A stretch of 64,000 nt of DNA from the human T2T-CHM13v2.0 reference genome, Homo sapiens (GCF_009914755.1 NC_060933.1); one strand, 5' to 3'. Counted from the stretch's first letter, positions 1 through 14,371 are shown. A program made the numbers and translations. Notes: generated by a model from the letters alone, not told the origin.

Positions 1-980
1 CTGATTCCAGACTTTTTAATTCAACTGCCTACTCCTCTTGGATGTTGATTAGGCATCTCAAACTTAGTATGTCCACATTTGAAATCCTTGTGTCCGTCCA
101 CCAAACTTCTTCTCTGTGTCTCAGATAATGTCTGCTCCATTCTTCCAGTTGTGTAGGCAAAAGCTTGGGAGACATTCCTCACTTTTCTATCAAGAAATCC
201 TGTTAGCTCTACCTTAAAAATATCCAAAATTTAATCACTTCTCAATGCCACTGCATCTGCCTATCATGTACAATTCACCTTTCTTTTTTACCTGGCTGTT
301 TCATTTGCCTTCTAACTTGTCTTTTTGCTTTCTCCCTTGACCCTTAAGGTCTGTCCTCAACCCACCAGCCATTGATACTCTTAGAATGTTATATGTTATT
401 TCTCTGCTCATTGCCTTCCCATTTCACTTCAGATCCAAATTTCACAGGGCCTAGAAGGCCACATATTATTTTATCCCCAGTGATTTCTCTGTTCTTAGCT
501 ACCATTTCCTTATCTACTTTACTATAAATGTGTGTACTTCCGTGCTGTTCTTTGAATATACCAATTGCTCTTGCTCTTGTGTCTTTGCTCTTGCTACTAG
601 TTCCATGACTTGACTTGGAAAACTCTTCCCTAGGGTCTTCATGACTCTTCCTTCCTTCCTTTAGATCTCTCCTCAAATATAATATTACTTTTAAGGAGAG
701 TTACATGTTAACTATTCTATATAAAATAACAACAACCTTCGTTTCACTCCCAGCTTCTCTAGGACTGGGAATTCCTTTCTTCGTTACCCTAATTTATTGT
801 CCTTATTATACTGATAGCAATTTGACATACTATGTATTATTTATCTTCATTATCTATGTACTGAAATGTTAATTCCATGAAGGCAGCAACTTGGTTTATT
901 TTGTTCCCTCCAATATCTCTAGTCCCTAGTCCAATGACTGTTATATAATAAATGTGCAATAAATACTTGAATGAGTGATG
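1..980 (+). mobile_element. Degraded LINE-2 3' region
   Basis: L2-type tail ...ttccatgaaggcag...aataaatacttgaatgagtg; boundaries approximate. Confidence 0.6.
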
Positions 981-2842
981 GATTAATGTATTAGATGTGA
1001 CTTTTATTTATTCTGGTAGGTATTCCTTCAATCTGAGAACTTTATTTAATTCTAAAATATTCCCAGCAGTTACCTCCTGAAATATTGCTTTATTTTTCAT
1101 CCCCATAGTTATTACTTCTGGAATGTTGTAGGCATATGTTGGAGTTTCCCAAAGAAACTTGTCTCAACTGTGTTTTCATGTTTTTAATCTCACTATTTTC
1201 CTGTGTAGTGTTCTGGATGAATCCCTTATTACTATCCCTTATTTCACTAATCTCTTTTTGTGTCTAGTTTTGAGCTTAGTCCATTTAGTTGTTTTTTACT
1301 TCAGTGATTATAATTTTTTATCTTCAAGATTTTAATAGCTTCTTTACATCTACCTGATTGTGTTTCATCTCTCAGCTTTACTTTTAACATTAGTTATTCT
1401 TTTGTCTTTACGGACCTTTAACTTACTTATTGTAGTCTTTTTCATTATATTTGGTTATTTTTATTTTTTCTAGAGGATTGCATCTTTTGACTTGAACTAG
1501 TATGTCAGTGTATGGGGATTCATGTATTTTGAATTTTTTTGTTTGGGGTCATATCTCAAGAGGGAAGATTGCTGTTATTGTTACTGTTTACTTCCTCCTC
1601 TTTCTCCACCACCACGTCCTTAACTAATGCCTATCTTTTTTTCTAGAAATTTTATAGTTGCCTTTAAATTGTCAATCTCACCCTAGTCTCTTTCCTGAAA
1701 TAGGTTTTATAGAGGTTTTGCTACACCTAGCCTCAGTTGCAGGGTGTTTTGGCTCAACTCTTGATTGGGGAGCTACATCTATAAACTTTTGCCTTTCTAG
1801 ACTCTAATATAAGCCTTGGTTCTAGGCAAGGATGGGCAGAAGCTTTTTTCCAGCTTCATTTCATGAGTTAGCATTCCCATCCCACACAATGAGCCTGGTT
1901 GTGCTTCTGCATACTGGGTAAGGCACTTGTATTCCCTATTAACCCCAGAAGTCAAGCTCCTTTCCACCTCAGCCTGCATCTGGCTCTGGGGGACAGCAAA
2001 TAGTAGCTTCATCCCCATTTATAGTTTTCTATTTTTGTTTAATTTGTGATTCTCACAGATATAGATTTGTCTGTTTAATTATTTATGTTTTTCTATGAAT
2101 ACCATGTATTTTATTTGTGACCTTTTAAAAAATGTAAATCAGTGTCCAATCAATTTCCCCTTATTTATAATATAAATTGACTGGTGTCAGCCTGATTATA
2201 CAGTCTCTTCAGACCTTTGTTCCTTCCTTTCCCTTTTCCTCCTTTGCTTTATAAAGCTATATTTGTTTAAAAGCTATATTTGTTTTAGAAGATAGTCATT
2301 CTTTACAAGTATTGTGATTTTCTGTTTCCCAGAGAACTATGCTTTGATTGTACAACTACCATTTAGTTTAGTTAATAGTATTCTCAGAGACTAGAAATGT
2401 ATAGGAAGGTGTCAGAAATCAAAAAATTCTAGTTATAGGGTATCGACTATAAGTAAATCTCTGTCACTCTCTCTTTTGAGACTCTTAAAAAATGGTAAAT
2501 TTTATCCTTAATATAATTGTGTATATGAAAGCTTAAATTAACAAGAACATGTTTACTTAATTGTAATTATTTTCAAAGCGATGACAGTATGGTTATTGCA
2601 ATCAAGGTTAAACTATGTTTTATGTAATTTTTATCATATACCTAAATCTAGAAATGAAACTGTTCTTTTAGTATGAAGTTGTCTTAGTTTTCAGCAGTTG
2701 TAAGTTGCTGTCACTTGCCATGTGGTCAACTCAAGATGATTTAATTTTCTATATTTTAAAGTGATATTAATATTTGGGATATGAAAATTTAAAGTATTAG
2801 CTACCAGTTATGACTAATAAACTCTCTATATTTTATATCTAG

Positions 2843-2927
2843 AGAAAAACAGAAATCTGAAGCTAAAGACAGAAAAGTTCTAGAAATTCTGCAAGTCAAG
2901 GATGCCAAAATACAAGAATTTGAACAG
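2843..2927 (+). CDS. CNTLN: Centlein internal coding exon (85 nt; probably exon 3): (R)EKQKSEAKDRKVLEILQVKDAKIQEFEQ
   Basis: tatatctAG acceptor at 2841-2842 and CAG|gttggt donor. Translation matches the centlein sequence as I recall it. Starts phase 2, ends phase 0, and joins the next exon in frame. Confidence 0.93.
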
Positions 2928-3326
2928 GTTGGTGTTATAATAAAAATATTTAAATTAACTATATTTGTTTTGGGTAGTAGATCTTCAAAATTATTTTTAT
3001 TTTTTTGCAATAGTGTTTATTGAGAATATCAGGGTCCTTATGTTAAAGCATTACTATTTTGAAGTCACTAGTAAGATTATTCTTCATCATTAATACTTCT
3101 CTTGTACCCTTTTGTTTTCTGAATTAATAGATTATAACTCTTCATCTAATGTTACAGTTTTATAATAGTATCTAGCTATTATTCTTTATTTTGTTGAATT
3201 TTGACATTATTAGCAGTTATCATTTACTTCTGAAACTTGTAAATTTTCAGATGGTTTTATTTGTAGAAAAGATAAAAATTGAGATCCTATTATTTACACT
3301 TAAAACTTGTATTTTTGTGTTAGTAC

Positions 3327-3903
3327 TATATTAGGCTGTTCTTCCACTGTTACAAATAAATACTTGAAACTGGGTAATTAATAAGAAAGAGGTTTCATTG
3401 GCTTATGGTTCTGCAGACAGTACAGGATGCATAGCAACATCTGCTTCTGGGAAGGCCTCATGTCAGAAGGCAAAGCATGTGACACTTCATATGGTTATAG
3501 CAGGAGCAAGAGAGAGAGACAGGGCATGGTGAGGGAGGTGCCACAGACTTTTTTTTAATTTTTTTAATTTTTATATATATATTTTTTTATACTTTAAGTT
3601 CTAGGGTACATGTGCACAACGTGCAGGTTTGTTACATAGGTATACATGTGCCATAGTGTGGCGATTCATCGGTGATCTAGAACTAGAATAACCATTTGAC
3701 CCAGCCATCCCATTACTGGGTGTATGCCACACACTTTTAAACAACGAGAGCTCATGAAAACTCACTCCCTATGCAAAATCAGCACCAAGCCATGAGGGAT
3801 CCACCCTCATGACCCAAACACCCCTCACCAGCCCCCACTTTCAGCTTTGGGGATTACAATTCAATGTGAGATTTGGGCAGGGACAGATATTCAAACTATA
3901 TCA
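3327..3903 (-). mobile_element. MaLR solo LTR (MST-type), interrupted by a mini-L1
   Basis: MST-like motifs (ggttctgcag, ggggattacaattcaatgtgagatttgg); 5-bp TSD AGTAC at 3322-3326 and 3904-3908. Confidence 0.85.
3553..3724 (-). mobile_element. ~170-bp L1PA insertion with 5' inversion (twin priming)
   Basis: Poly(T) plus L1 3' end on - (3553-3654), then an ORF2 C-terminal piece on + (3655-3724). TSD tgccaca(g/c)actttt at 3539-3552 and 3725-3738. Confidence 0.85.
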
Positions 3904-5319
3904 AGTACAGTCCTATCTTTTATGTATAATCAGTAAATTATACAATTACATATAATTATATGTATATGTAATATGTAAAATTACGTGTGATTATATAATC
4001 AGTATGTAATCACTGCAAAAGTGCATGTGGTCATGCTTCCTGGAACAATTTTCAAGATACAAACATTTCAAAAAAGAAGTGAAAGAAATTTAAGAGTGGC
4101 TAATATCGTTATATAATATTTAAATTCATTTTATACTCAAGCTCATTACGGAGTAAATAAATTATAATTTTTCTTGGGAGGTACCTTTTTGGCAACCATG
4201 TTCTTTTGACTTTTGAATTTATTTTCCTTTCTAACCAATTAAAGGTTCATGAGAACTTTGATCTAGGATCAGTTATTGTTATAAAGTTGTTTTATGAAAA
4301 GACTAAAAGTTCCATTCCCTACATTTCTATCTGTTCTTTCTAAAAAGGAATATTGATTCCAATAAACTTAGAAATTTGAAATTTACACGTTTTCCAAAGT
4401 TGAGTTTTTCTTATAGAAAATGTCATAATTGGTACTATGATGATAAAATGTTAAGAATAACATTTTAGTAAATTTGTTCTGGAAAGAAACATTTGTATTT
4501 ACCACCCAAGTATCAAACAACATTAAAATGTACTCTAAAATAGGTAAATGTTGTCATGTGCCTGGTATATTAATTGGATTAGGCTAAGCTGCTTGACAAG
4601 TACAACCTTATGAGCCAGACATGGCAGACATCATTTGTATTTACATTTTACTGGAAAAAAATTTGGCCACCCCAAGATTCAGGCGATTTGAGAAAATGTA
4701 GATACAAGTTTAGCGGTCCCTTCCTCAATTACACCTCTATTCTGTTAGAGCAGGAAAATCTTTAATATCCTTAGGCATTAAGTTTGCAATGCTTTAGTGA
4801 ATGCTCTTTGGTTTACCAGCTTTGGATAACCATAGCACACCCTTAGAAAATGTTGCCTTTTGTAAATGAAAATATATTTTCCCCTTTTCTTTGCTAAATT
4901 CTTTGTCTACTTCTGCATCCTTGAGTAGGGATTGTTTCATTATTTATCTTTTGAGTGGAATCACATAGCTTATATATAACATATTAAACTCTCATAATAG
5001 AAATTATTTGCTTTGTAGGGACCCAAATTTCTTAGGATTAATCATTTCATTTTTGTGCAATGATGATTATAACTTTCTACAAAGTATATTTTCAGTTAGG
5101 TGCAACAAGATAATGTATTAAATGTATATATTATCCTGTGATGGTGTTGTAGAATATTCAGAGTTACATTTCTTGCCTTTAACGCTTTTTAAATCTCTTT
5201 GATGATTAGGTGATGATAGAAGTAAGGTGGAAATTGCCATATTCTCCTACACTACTTTGTTTCTATGAGGGCAGAGTCTGTTTCTCTTTCATCCACTCTT
5301 TAGTCTCATACAGACGACT

Positions 5320-5990
5320 GTATACCCAGTACGTAATTATTAATAGTTATTTCATAGTCAGGTCCACTGACATGGACCTGAATTATTAGGTTGGCAGGAA
5401 TTAAAGGTATGTAAATGGAACCATAAGGACTTGATAGTAATTCTGAAAATGACTCTTAGGTTTTCAGCTTAGAGAAACCAGGAGAACAGTGGCGTTATTA
5501 TCAAAAATAGGCTTATTTTCAGGAAGTATAAATTGTTTTGAAGGTAAGGTTTTGAGCTCCTCTTAGAAAGTTTGTGTTTGAGATGCTGATAGGAATTCCA
5601 TTTAGAGATTTTTAGCAAACTGTTGGAAGCATGAATCTGATGAAGGAGTTTTGACCTGGAGATGTGGGTATTTAATAGTTTAGTTAGAGGGAAGACTTTA
5701 AGCAGTGAGAATTTTGAGAACAAGATATTTACTGATATTTTTAATGAGGAAGGAAAAATTGTAGTGAAAGAGGTGAAAAGACTTTATAGAAGTAAGGAGA
5801 GAGTACAATGCAATATCTCATGAATTGAGAAGAGAGAGTTTCAAGAAGCAAAATGTTGTCATTGTCGTAAAATGCTGCAAAAAATGGAGTGGGTTTTTGA
5901 AAAAGACATTACATTTAGCAGTCATGAAGTTTTAAAATGAATTTTAGAAAGCAATACAACAGGGATGGCATATGAAATTTTAAGAGATCA
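5320..5990 (-). mobile_element. Degraded LINE-2 fragment
   Basis: Purine-rich L2-like motifs; approximate. Confidence 0.4.
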
Positions 5991-6069
5991 TTGAATTCTG
6001 ACAAAGTAATGGAAAGGAATGAAGAAATGTGACATTATGGGGTGGGGAGATAGTGGGATGGATTGATTG

Positions 6070-6425
6070 ATTGACTGATTTGTTTTAAGTAATAGCTCAC
6101 GCAGTCGTGGGCTGGCAAGTAACTCTGCAGGGCAGCCTGGCAGAATGGAGACCTAGGGAACAGTTTATGTTACATTGCAAATCCTAAGGTAGCCTGGAGG
6201 TAGAATTTCTTCCTCCTCTGGGGATCATAGTATTTTCTTGGGGCCTTCAACTGATTGGATGAGGCCAGCCCACATTATGAAGGGTAATCTGCTTTTCTCA
6301 AAGTCCATTAATTTAAATGTTAACCACATCTAAAGAATACTTTCACAATAACATCTAGACTGGTGTTAGATAAGAACGTGTGTACCATGGGTAGCCTAGC
6401 CAAACTGACATATAAAATTAACCAA
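6070..6425. mobile_element. MLT2-type (ERVL) LTR
   Basis: ccttcaactgattggatgaggcc...cacattatg...ctagccaaactgacatataaaattaacca motifs. Confidence 0.7.
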
Positions 6426-6594
6426 ATGGGTAAAAACAGCTGGGGTAAATAGGTTTTATGTTTATCTGGCTAGATATTAGGCTGTCTCCACTGTTCGCTG
6501 TGGTATGAGTTAGAGGCAGAACTCTGGTATCCGTGCCTTTTATTTGAATTTTTGTAGAGATTTTATAAATATCCTTGATATGCATAATTCAGTT

Positions 6595-6960
6595 TTCTTA
6601 AAAAGAAAAACCTTAGACAAATTAAATTCAATGGAGTTTAATTGAGCTGAAAAAAATTCACGAATTGGGTAACACTCAGGACCAAAAGTGGTTCATAGAG
6701 CTCTGCTCCGCAGTGTGGGCTGGGACTGTGTACAGCCAGACAATGGAAGTGACACACAGAAATAGCCAGATTGGTTACAGTTTGGTGTTTGCCTTATTTG
6801 GACATGTTTTGGCAATTTGCACTTGTGATTGGCTGAATGCTTGGCTGCTGTGATTGGCTGAGACTCGGCTACTATACAAAAATATACTCTCAAGTAGGGT
6901 TGTGTTTACATGTTGTTAGGTTACAGTTAGCTACCTACAGAGGCAATTTAATTTAATAGT
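6595..6960. mobile_element. ERV1-class (MER4-group-like) solo LTR
   Basis: aaagaaaaaccttagacaaattaaatt start and repeated gattggct boxes; subfamily not assigned. Confidence 0.55.
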
Positions 6961-7039
6961 TGCTATTTAAACTGCTTTGTTTGGTCAAACCTATTAATTA
7001 TACAATAGTCCCATTGATGTGGTGGTGGGGTGTTGGGGG

Positions 7040-7820
7040 AGGAGAGGAAGCGGTCTGTAGTGTTATGTTTGGGTTTTTTTCATGGTGAGCTGTGCTTCTG
7101 GACTGTGACCTTCAAAAGTGCTTCTTAGTTTTTTGTTTGTTTGTTTCCCCCCTCCCCTTACCCCCTTAGGAGAGACAGGAAGGCTAGAAGGTGCTAGAGT
7201 TGGGTATTTCCCTTTTCCAAGTTGGTTAGTTAGGCTCAGGTAAAACCCCATGAGTCTGGGCTCTGGTAAAATAGTTTTTCTTGATGGCAGGCCTTGGTAA
7301 GAAGAAAAGAATACTCTGAGTGTGTTTAAAGATGGTTACTTTCTCCCTCCACATACTGGAAACAGGAAGGAATAATTGTGTGATCTTCCCTGTGACAACA
7401 TGACAGGGGTCCAGTAGGTTAAACTTATGAAAATGTGTCACCTCTTATTGTTTTATGGTTCCTCTGAGTACTGCTTGCCCCCTTCCCCCAAGCATGACTG
7501 AGCCATCCTTGAGTTTTAAACTCTCAGACTTGTCCATATTGATCTTCCAGTAATTCATTAATTACAGAATAAGTTTTTCCACCCTGGTGCTGGCTCCTGT
7601 GGAAGTTTTTTCTCCTGGGCATCTGTTCCATTAAGTTGTTATTCTCTCTATTTTCATGTCTGTCTCTTCAATTTTGGGAGCGTTGGTTTGCTGGATAGTC
7701 TCAATTCTCTGATGGATCTGAAAAGAGTTGTTGATTTTCAGTTTGTTCAGCGTTTTTTCTTATTGTGTAAATGAGAAAGATGACTGCCAAGTTCCTTATA
7801 TGCTGGACTGGAAACCAGAA
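7040..7820 (-). mobile_element. Old L1M (L1MC-like) fragment
   Basis: gttgttgattttcagtttgttcagc...ggactggaaaccagaag motifs. Confidence 0.5.
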
Positions 7821-9719
7821 GCCCCCTCCATTGAATTGTTGTTGTTCCACTGAAAAATATTAAATAGCTCCTAATGTTCAAGATTTATAGCTATGAGATA
7901 GAGTAAGAATTAGAATGACAAATCCTTCAGCTTATTTAACTCTTACTTCTGTATCTAGTGAAATTACTAGAAAGTTACACACACACACAGTTTTTTTTTA
8001 GCTGTTTGCAGAAAAACTTTCCTAGGGTGCAATCTAATAATTATTAGTATAAAGAATTGCCTTTTTTTGGGTAAGACTATGTTTTAGCTTTGTCACTGTT
8101 ATAAAACAATGTTAATACATTTCCCTTCTAGTATTGTGCTTTGATAGCATGACTTATGATAACCTAGTAAATTGTATTTAATTAGATGATAATTGCTCTT
8201 TAACATTATATTTCATTTTTTCCTTACCTTCTAGGAAGCTCAGAAGTTTTGTTTCATAATTGCAATTACTTCTTTTATCCCTTCCTTTTTCTCCACTTAT
8301 CATTGCTTTAGTTATTGTGGTTTAATTACTGCTTTGTTTGTTTTTTGTTAAAAGTTTCATGTCCATTTTGAAAATAGGTCAGTATAAATAATAAATTAAC
8401 TATGCTCAAGTATTGCCTAATAGAGTTTGGGGTTTGGGCCTTATGCCCCTTCCCTACCCCCCACCCATTTTTATGCCTGCTTCATACTCACTATTATTCT
8501 CTTGTTACTCTGTAGACTTCTCTTGACCATTATTTGAATTATTCATTCATTTCATGGCTTATCTGTAATAAATTATTTGTTCCAGACATTCTCTCTCTTG
8601 TCATCCCTTATTGCTTTATGGTTCCTCTGAATTCTGTTTGCTGTTTTAATATTAACTCAAGCCAGGCTATTAAGAATTTACCTGCCTCTATTCAGAAAGA
8701 TTTGTTGAAAAATATTAATAAAGCTTAATTTTAAAATGAACTTTAACTGTATATGTCTGTGCTTTCATTATTTATAGAGGGTATATTTTATTAGGAAAAT
8801 ATGTTGATTTATACAAACTTTTACACTTTTAGAGTTTATCAGTGCTCTTGTGTTGGGAGAGAATCTTTGTCTAACTTATTTTCTTTAATGATTTTGTGAT
8901 ATAAGTAACTATATTATGCAATTTAATATTAAACTAATTATCGGAATATAATAATTTTGGTTAACCAATTTTTTAAATTTTATTATGCTTTTTAATTTAC
9001 AGATTGAGTCTGTGTTTGTCCTTTTGAATTACTATTATAAGTTCACTCAAATGCCAAAATCTAAATTATTAAATAATTCTCATGAAAGGACTCTCTATTG
9101 GTATCATTTATATTGTCAGTGCCTGTTTAGTTTACTTTAATGGGAAAACTCTTTTAAAACTTGTCATTTGGTTCTTCCTAGAGTTTAACTAATTTCAGAA
9201 TAGACAAGATATGCTCAAATTTTGTCATTTCTCCTTCAAAGGATAGGCTTATGGGTATTTTACAAACAGTTTTAATGCTTATATTATTGAATTTATTATT
9301 TAGTGTCAATTTCATCTGTAAACACTTAACAGTCTAGTTTGGGAGATATTATGAGTAGATAGATTATTAGCAACACTCGGTAGTTTGTTGTGTATCAAAT
9401 GTATAATATAGATAATACAAAAATTTAGAAATGGCAAGAATTACAAAATACTGAGATAGTAAGGGAAGCTTTTATTGAGGAGGTGGAAGTCGAGTCTTAA
9501 AGGGGCATAAGACTTAGCTGAGAGTAGAAAAATTGATTGTAAATTGTGGAGGAGCCATTTTTATGCATCTATTTTTATGTTATTTGATTGATGTCAGGCA
9601 CATTTTGATATGGCCTAATAATTAAAATAGAACAGAAAAGTTAAAAACTGAGATGCTATTTGTACTTACTGGATTTAAAAAAATTTCCAACCCTGAGAGT
9701 TAAGTGTTGGTATGGAGGT

Positions 9720-10650
9720 AGAATAATGAAAACTCTTGAAATGCAAATAGTCTTTGACTTAGCAATTTCACTTTTAAGTGGATATAATCCAGAGAAGTGT
9801 TCTTCAAACTTTTGTTAGTATGATCCCCACGCTGAAGTACATTTTACTTCATGACCCATTATACACACATGAAGTAAGTTTCGTATAAGTTATTTTTACT
9901 ACATATAATTAAGGTAAATATATGAAAATGTTTATATCAAATGTGAATTTACTAATATTTAAATACAATAAAAATCTTAAACATGATAAAAATTTAGAAA
10001 ATAATTTATGAAGCATGTCTGTTTTATAAGTTTATTCCTTTAACTGTAGTTTCATTGCTAAGAATGTGTGCCTATTACCTTGATATTTTCTATTGTATTA
10101 TAATCCGTTTAAAAAAATGCCACTTATTGTAACTAAATCGATTTAATGACCCATTACTAGATTGCAGTCTGCAGTTTGAAAAACACTGCTTGGGAGAAAT
10201 TCTTGGTCATGAATATTTGCAGTCATGCTGAAGAGTGTTCATAGCAGTATTGTTTGTATACCCCTTTACCTCAAATGGGAAACAGCTGAAATACACACTG
10301 ATAAAAGATGGATAAATATAGCATAGTTATCTGATGGACTAATACTGTACATCAAGAAATTGATCTAGTTACATTCATTATTATGAATAAATTTGGGAAC
10401 ATATGTTGAGCAAAAATAGCAAGCTATGTAATATGTGTAATATGATTTAAGTTCAGAAGTAAGCAAAACTATACAGCATATTAAATAGGGACATATATCT
10501 GTCTTTGAACTATAAAGAAAAGCAAGGCAAAGATAAGAATCAGGGTTTCAGGATAATGCTTACCCTTGGAGGGAATAAGAGGTACTAGAGGATAAAGGGT
10601 CATTTATGAGATATCAAAGATAATGGTACAGTTGTGTTTCCTAGCTGAAT
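9720..10650 (+). mobile_element. Old L1ME 3' fragment containing a probable hAT-Charlie/MER insertion (~9795-10187)
   Basis: ctttgacttagcaatttcactt and gttcatagcagtattgtttgta L1M motifs; the insert ends tttgaaaaacactg. Confidence 0.5.
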
Positions 10651-10815
10651 GTTGGTTACGTACAGGACCTCTCCTTTTACTTATTTTTTTAAAAAATTAT
10701 TTACACACTGATCACAGATTATTTTTGTATGTATTCAGCGTCTAAATTATTTTTTAACTATAAGTAAAATAAAATCAATAATTAATATTACACTTTTAAA
10801 AATTAGAGTATTGGG

Positions 10816-11110
<295 letters not shown>

Positions 11111-12297
11111 TAGAATATTGGATATATTTTCACTTTATTCCTAAAATCCACTTTTCATCATAATCCTGGATCTTCCTCTCATTTTCAGTTTATTCCCAAG
11201 TCCTTTGGAGACAATTTGATAAGGAAGAAATGTGAGAGTATAAAATAAATCGATATTTAGGGATCAGCACCAGTGATAGATCAGAAATGGAATAAAGGTC
11301 AACTGAGCATATTACTTAAAAAAAAAAGGTGTTTCTATCTTGATGTGTCTCTTTCTTGGTTGACAGACAGAAGGTGTTATTGAGTCTGACTTGGAGGCTT
11401 CCAATAATTGTGTGAGGCTAGATACTATGTGTTTAATAAATATTAGTTGAAAGAATGGATGGATTGATAAAAGTTGAAGAAGTTTAGGAAAGAGATAGTA
11501 TCAGGATATGGATTTCATTTTTAGTAAGTTAGTTTGAGATAGTAGACAATCCAAAGGGAGAGGTCTTGTATAGCTGGAAATATGAGATTGGTGATTGGGA
11601 AGGTGAGGGCTGGATTATAGATTAGATAGTCTTTCAGACAGAGGAAAGATCAGCAGCCAAGAGAGGTGCTACATTTTCTGAGAGAAAAGATGTACAGAGA
11701 AACAAGGAAAGCTAAAAATTGAGTCTGGGGTACATCCACCTCGTAGGTGTAATTTAGGTATCTCACAGGTGAGAAGAATGTTCGGTTAAAAATTTTGGCA
11801 GCCTTAACATTCTAAATATTCTGTCTACAGAGCAAGATATTATTAGTACTAAAATAAACTTGCCATTTTAAAAATTTTAAAGTGATTTATGCTTTTACAA
11901 AATCATAGTTTATCAGAAAAGTTCCTTCTAAATGACATTCAAATAAAAGAATAAGGAATTATGTTAGCTATAAATATATTTTCTTTAATTAGAATGGTTC
12001 GTAAAATCTTGTTTTTCTCCTGTTACACACCTAAATTTTGAAAATTTGCTTTCTGAGTATGATTTAATATTTAATATCCAGTTTTTATGTGTTCTTCAAC
12101 ATAAATAGGCCCTGTACTTGCACATTTTAGTTAAAAATTCATGGGCATGTTACAGGAGATGAGAATTGTGGTGACAGACATTATTATGAAAGCTATTTAA
12201 TCATCACATTAGCAAATCAAAATGTAAAACCTTTAAAATAAAATACTGTTTTTCTTAGAAATAAAAGCTCACCAGTAATTTAAATTTTTTTCCACAG

Positions 12298-12432
12298 AGA
12301 GAGTCAGTACTGAAACAGGAAATAAATGACCTTGTAAAACGGAAAATTGCAGTAGATGAAGAAAATGCTTTCTTAAGGAAAGAATTCAGTGACTTGGAGA
12401 AGAAATTTAAAGATAAAAGTCAAGAAATTAAG
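12298..12432 (+). CDS. CNTLN: Centlein coding exon (135 nt; probably exon 4): RESVLKQEINDLVKRKIAVDEENAFLRKEFSDLEKKFKDKSQEIK
   Basis: ttttttccacAG acceptor, AAG|gtgtgt donor, open coiled-coil frame, phase 0-0. Confidence 0.95.
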
Positions 12433-13048
12433 GTGTGTTGACTTGTACATAGTTTTGTGGGACTGTTGCTTTGAAGTTCTGCTTTAAGCTTTGTTAGCCT
12501 TTGTGGCACAGAAAGTGACAGATTTGGAGGAAAAATTGCCTTAGGCCCTCCTGTACCATACAGTTTTCTCACATGCAAAAACTCTGATAAAGATGCTTTA
12601 AAGCCAGAACTCCAAGCTTTATAACTTTTAGATAAATAGTTAATGATGGAAATGGAGCTAAGAAAGTAGGAGTGTGAATATGTGGCTTCTTGTAATTAGA
12701 TTCTGATGGGACTGGCATTATTAATTGATAAAACCCAGGTCTGGGAGGATATGTCTGTATGGGTCTCAAAAATAGCTGGGGACAGCATCAAAGGCAGCTT
12801 GATCAATTAATGGGCTCTTTGCAAATGTGTACTCATCAAAGCTGTCATCCAGTGAAAAAATATGACCCATCCACCTGCATGAAAAGAGGCCAATAAAAGT
12901 ACACAGGTGACCTTGGCTATCAAATATAGAAGAAGCTTCTGTGAGGGTAAAACTGCACAGTTTGTATTTGCTGATTAGTGCTCACCATTTTTTGGGTTTT
13001 TTGTTTCGTTTTGTTTTATTTATTTGCCCTTGTGGTACTGTTCTACAG

Positions 13049-13228
13049 GACACTAAGGAGTGTGTACAGAACAAAGAAGAGCAAAACAGACTAGTTATAA
13101 AAAATCTGGAGGAGGAAAACAAGAAATTAAGTACCCGCTGCACTGACCTGCTAAATGACCTGGAGAAATTGAGGAAGCAGGAAGCACATTTGAGAAAAGA
13201 AAAATATAGCACTGATGCAAAAATAAAG
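13049..13228 (+). CDS. CNTLN: Centlein coding exon (180 nt; probably exon 5): DTKECVQNKEEQNRLVIKNLEEENKKLSTRCTDLLNDLEKLRKQEAHLRKEKYSTDAKIK
   Basis: ttctacAG acceptor, AAG|gtatac donor; lies inside ORF 12941..13309; phase 0-0. Confidence 0.95.
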
Positions 13229-13992
13229 GTATACAATAGGAATGGAATCCATACTCCTCTTTTGGATCTAACTTTTTCTAGGAAGTTTAATACATGTTAT
13301 TTTCTTTAACAACTTATATATTCATATCCACCAGTGGGGACTAGCATTAATTTATATTCTTTCACTTAAGACCCATAGCTTTTTAAAAATTGATGTTGCA
13401 AAGCAGGAAACTGACTTCAAATGGTTATCCTAAAATGTAATCATTAAAAAATAAAGGCTATTGCATTTTGAAAGAAAATGTGTTTTCAAATAACATATTT
13501 AGAATCATTGGTTTTAACTTTTTCACTTAAGGCTTAAGCTTACAAAGATAGCTATAATTTGTTGCAGTATAGTTTTTAAGACTATTTTCTAGATCCTTTG
13601 AAATATAAAGTGTAAAAAATACTAAACAGTTAAACAATACAAATACGTGGTTCTATGGTGGTGCTTTCTTTGACTTTAAAGGTGCTTTCTTTGACTTTAA
13701 AGGGCCTTATTTATGGGAAAATTTTATTTTTATAGAAGATAAAAGTTACAATCAATCTTTATAATCTTATACCCTTTTTAAAAGGCTAATCAAGTGAGGC
13801 AGTGGTTTCTTACAATTTTATTAGTATTTTTCAAAATAATACTTTTTTATGGCATTCTCTTTGTCTTTAGAGGTTTTTGCTAATTTCTTTTCTTATTAAA
13901 TTACATTTTTTTTTAAACTATAGATTTTGTTGAAAAGGGCAGACACAGATTTTAGTACTAGTAAATATGGTGGTCTCTCCATGTATATGCCC

Positions 13993-13994
<2 letters not shown>

Positions 13995-14044
<50 letters not shown>
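13995..14044. repeat. (AC)25 microsatellite
   Basis: Perfect dinucleotide run. Confidence 0.98.
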
Positions 14045-14046
<2 letters not shown>

Positions 14047-14061
14047 TTAGTCAACAGTTAC

Positions 14062-14371
14062 AAGCAGTTGACCATATGTATCTGCAGGTTCTGTATCAGT
14101 GGATCAAGCTATTCAGAAAAAAAAAACAACACAATTAAAAGTAACAATACAATAATTAAAAAAAACAAGTAAAAGATACAGTATAACAACTGTTTACATT
14201 GTATTCAGTATTTTAAGTAATCCAGACATGATTTAAAGTATATGGGAACGTGTGTAGGGTATTTGCAAATACTATGCCATTTTATATAAGAGACTTAAAG
14301 CATCCATGGATTTTGGTATTTGGAGACCCCTGGCTGGGTTCAATCCTCCAGGAATACTGAGGGACGATGGT
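14062..14371 (-). mobile_element. MER2 (TcMar-Tigger MITE)
   Basis: cagttgacc...gcaaatactatgccattttatataagagactt...atactgagggacga termini. Confidence 0.75.

Noticed and set aside
12941-13309. 122-aa single-exon ORF
   Set aside because: It is the 180-nt CNTLN exon plus open intronic flanks, and it has a non-ATG start.
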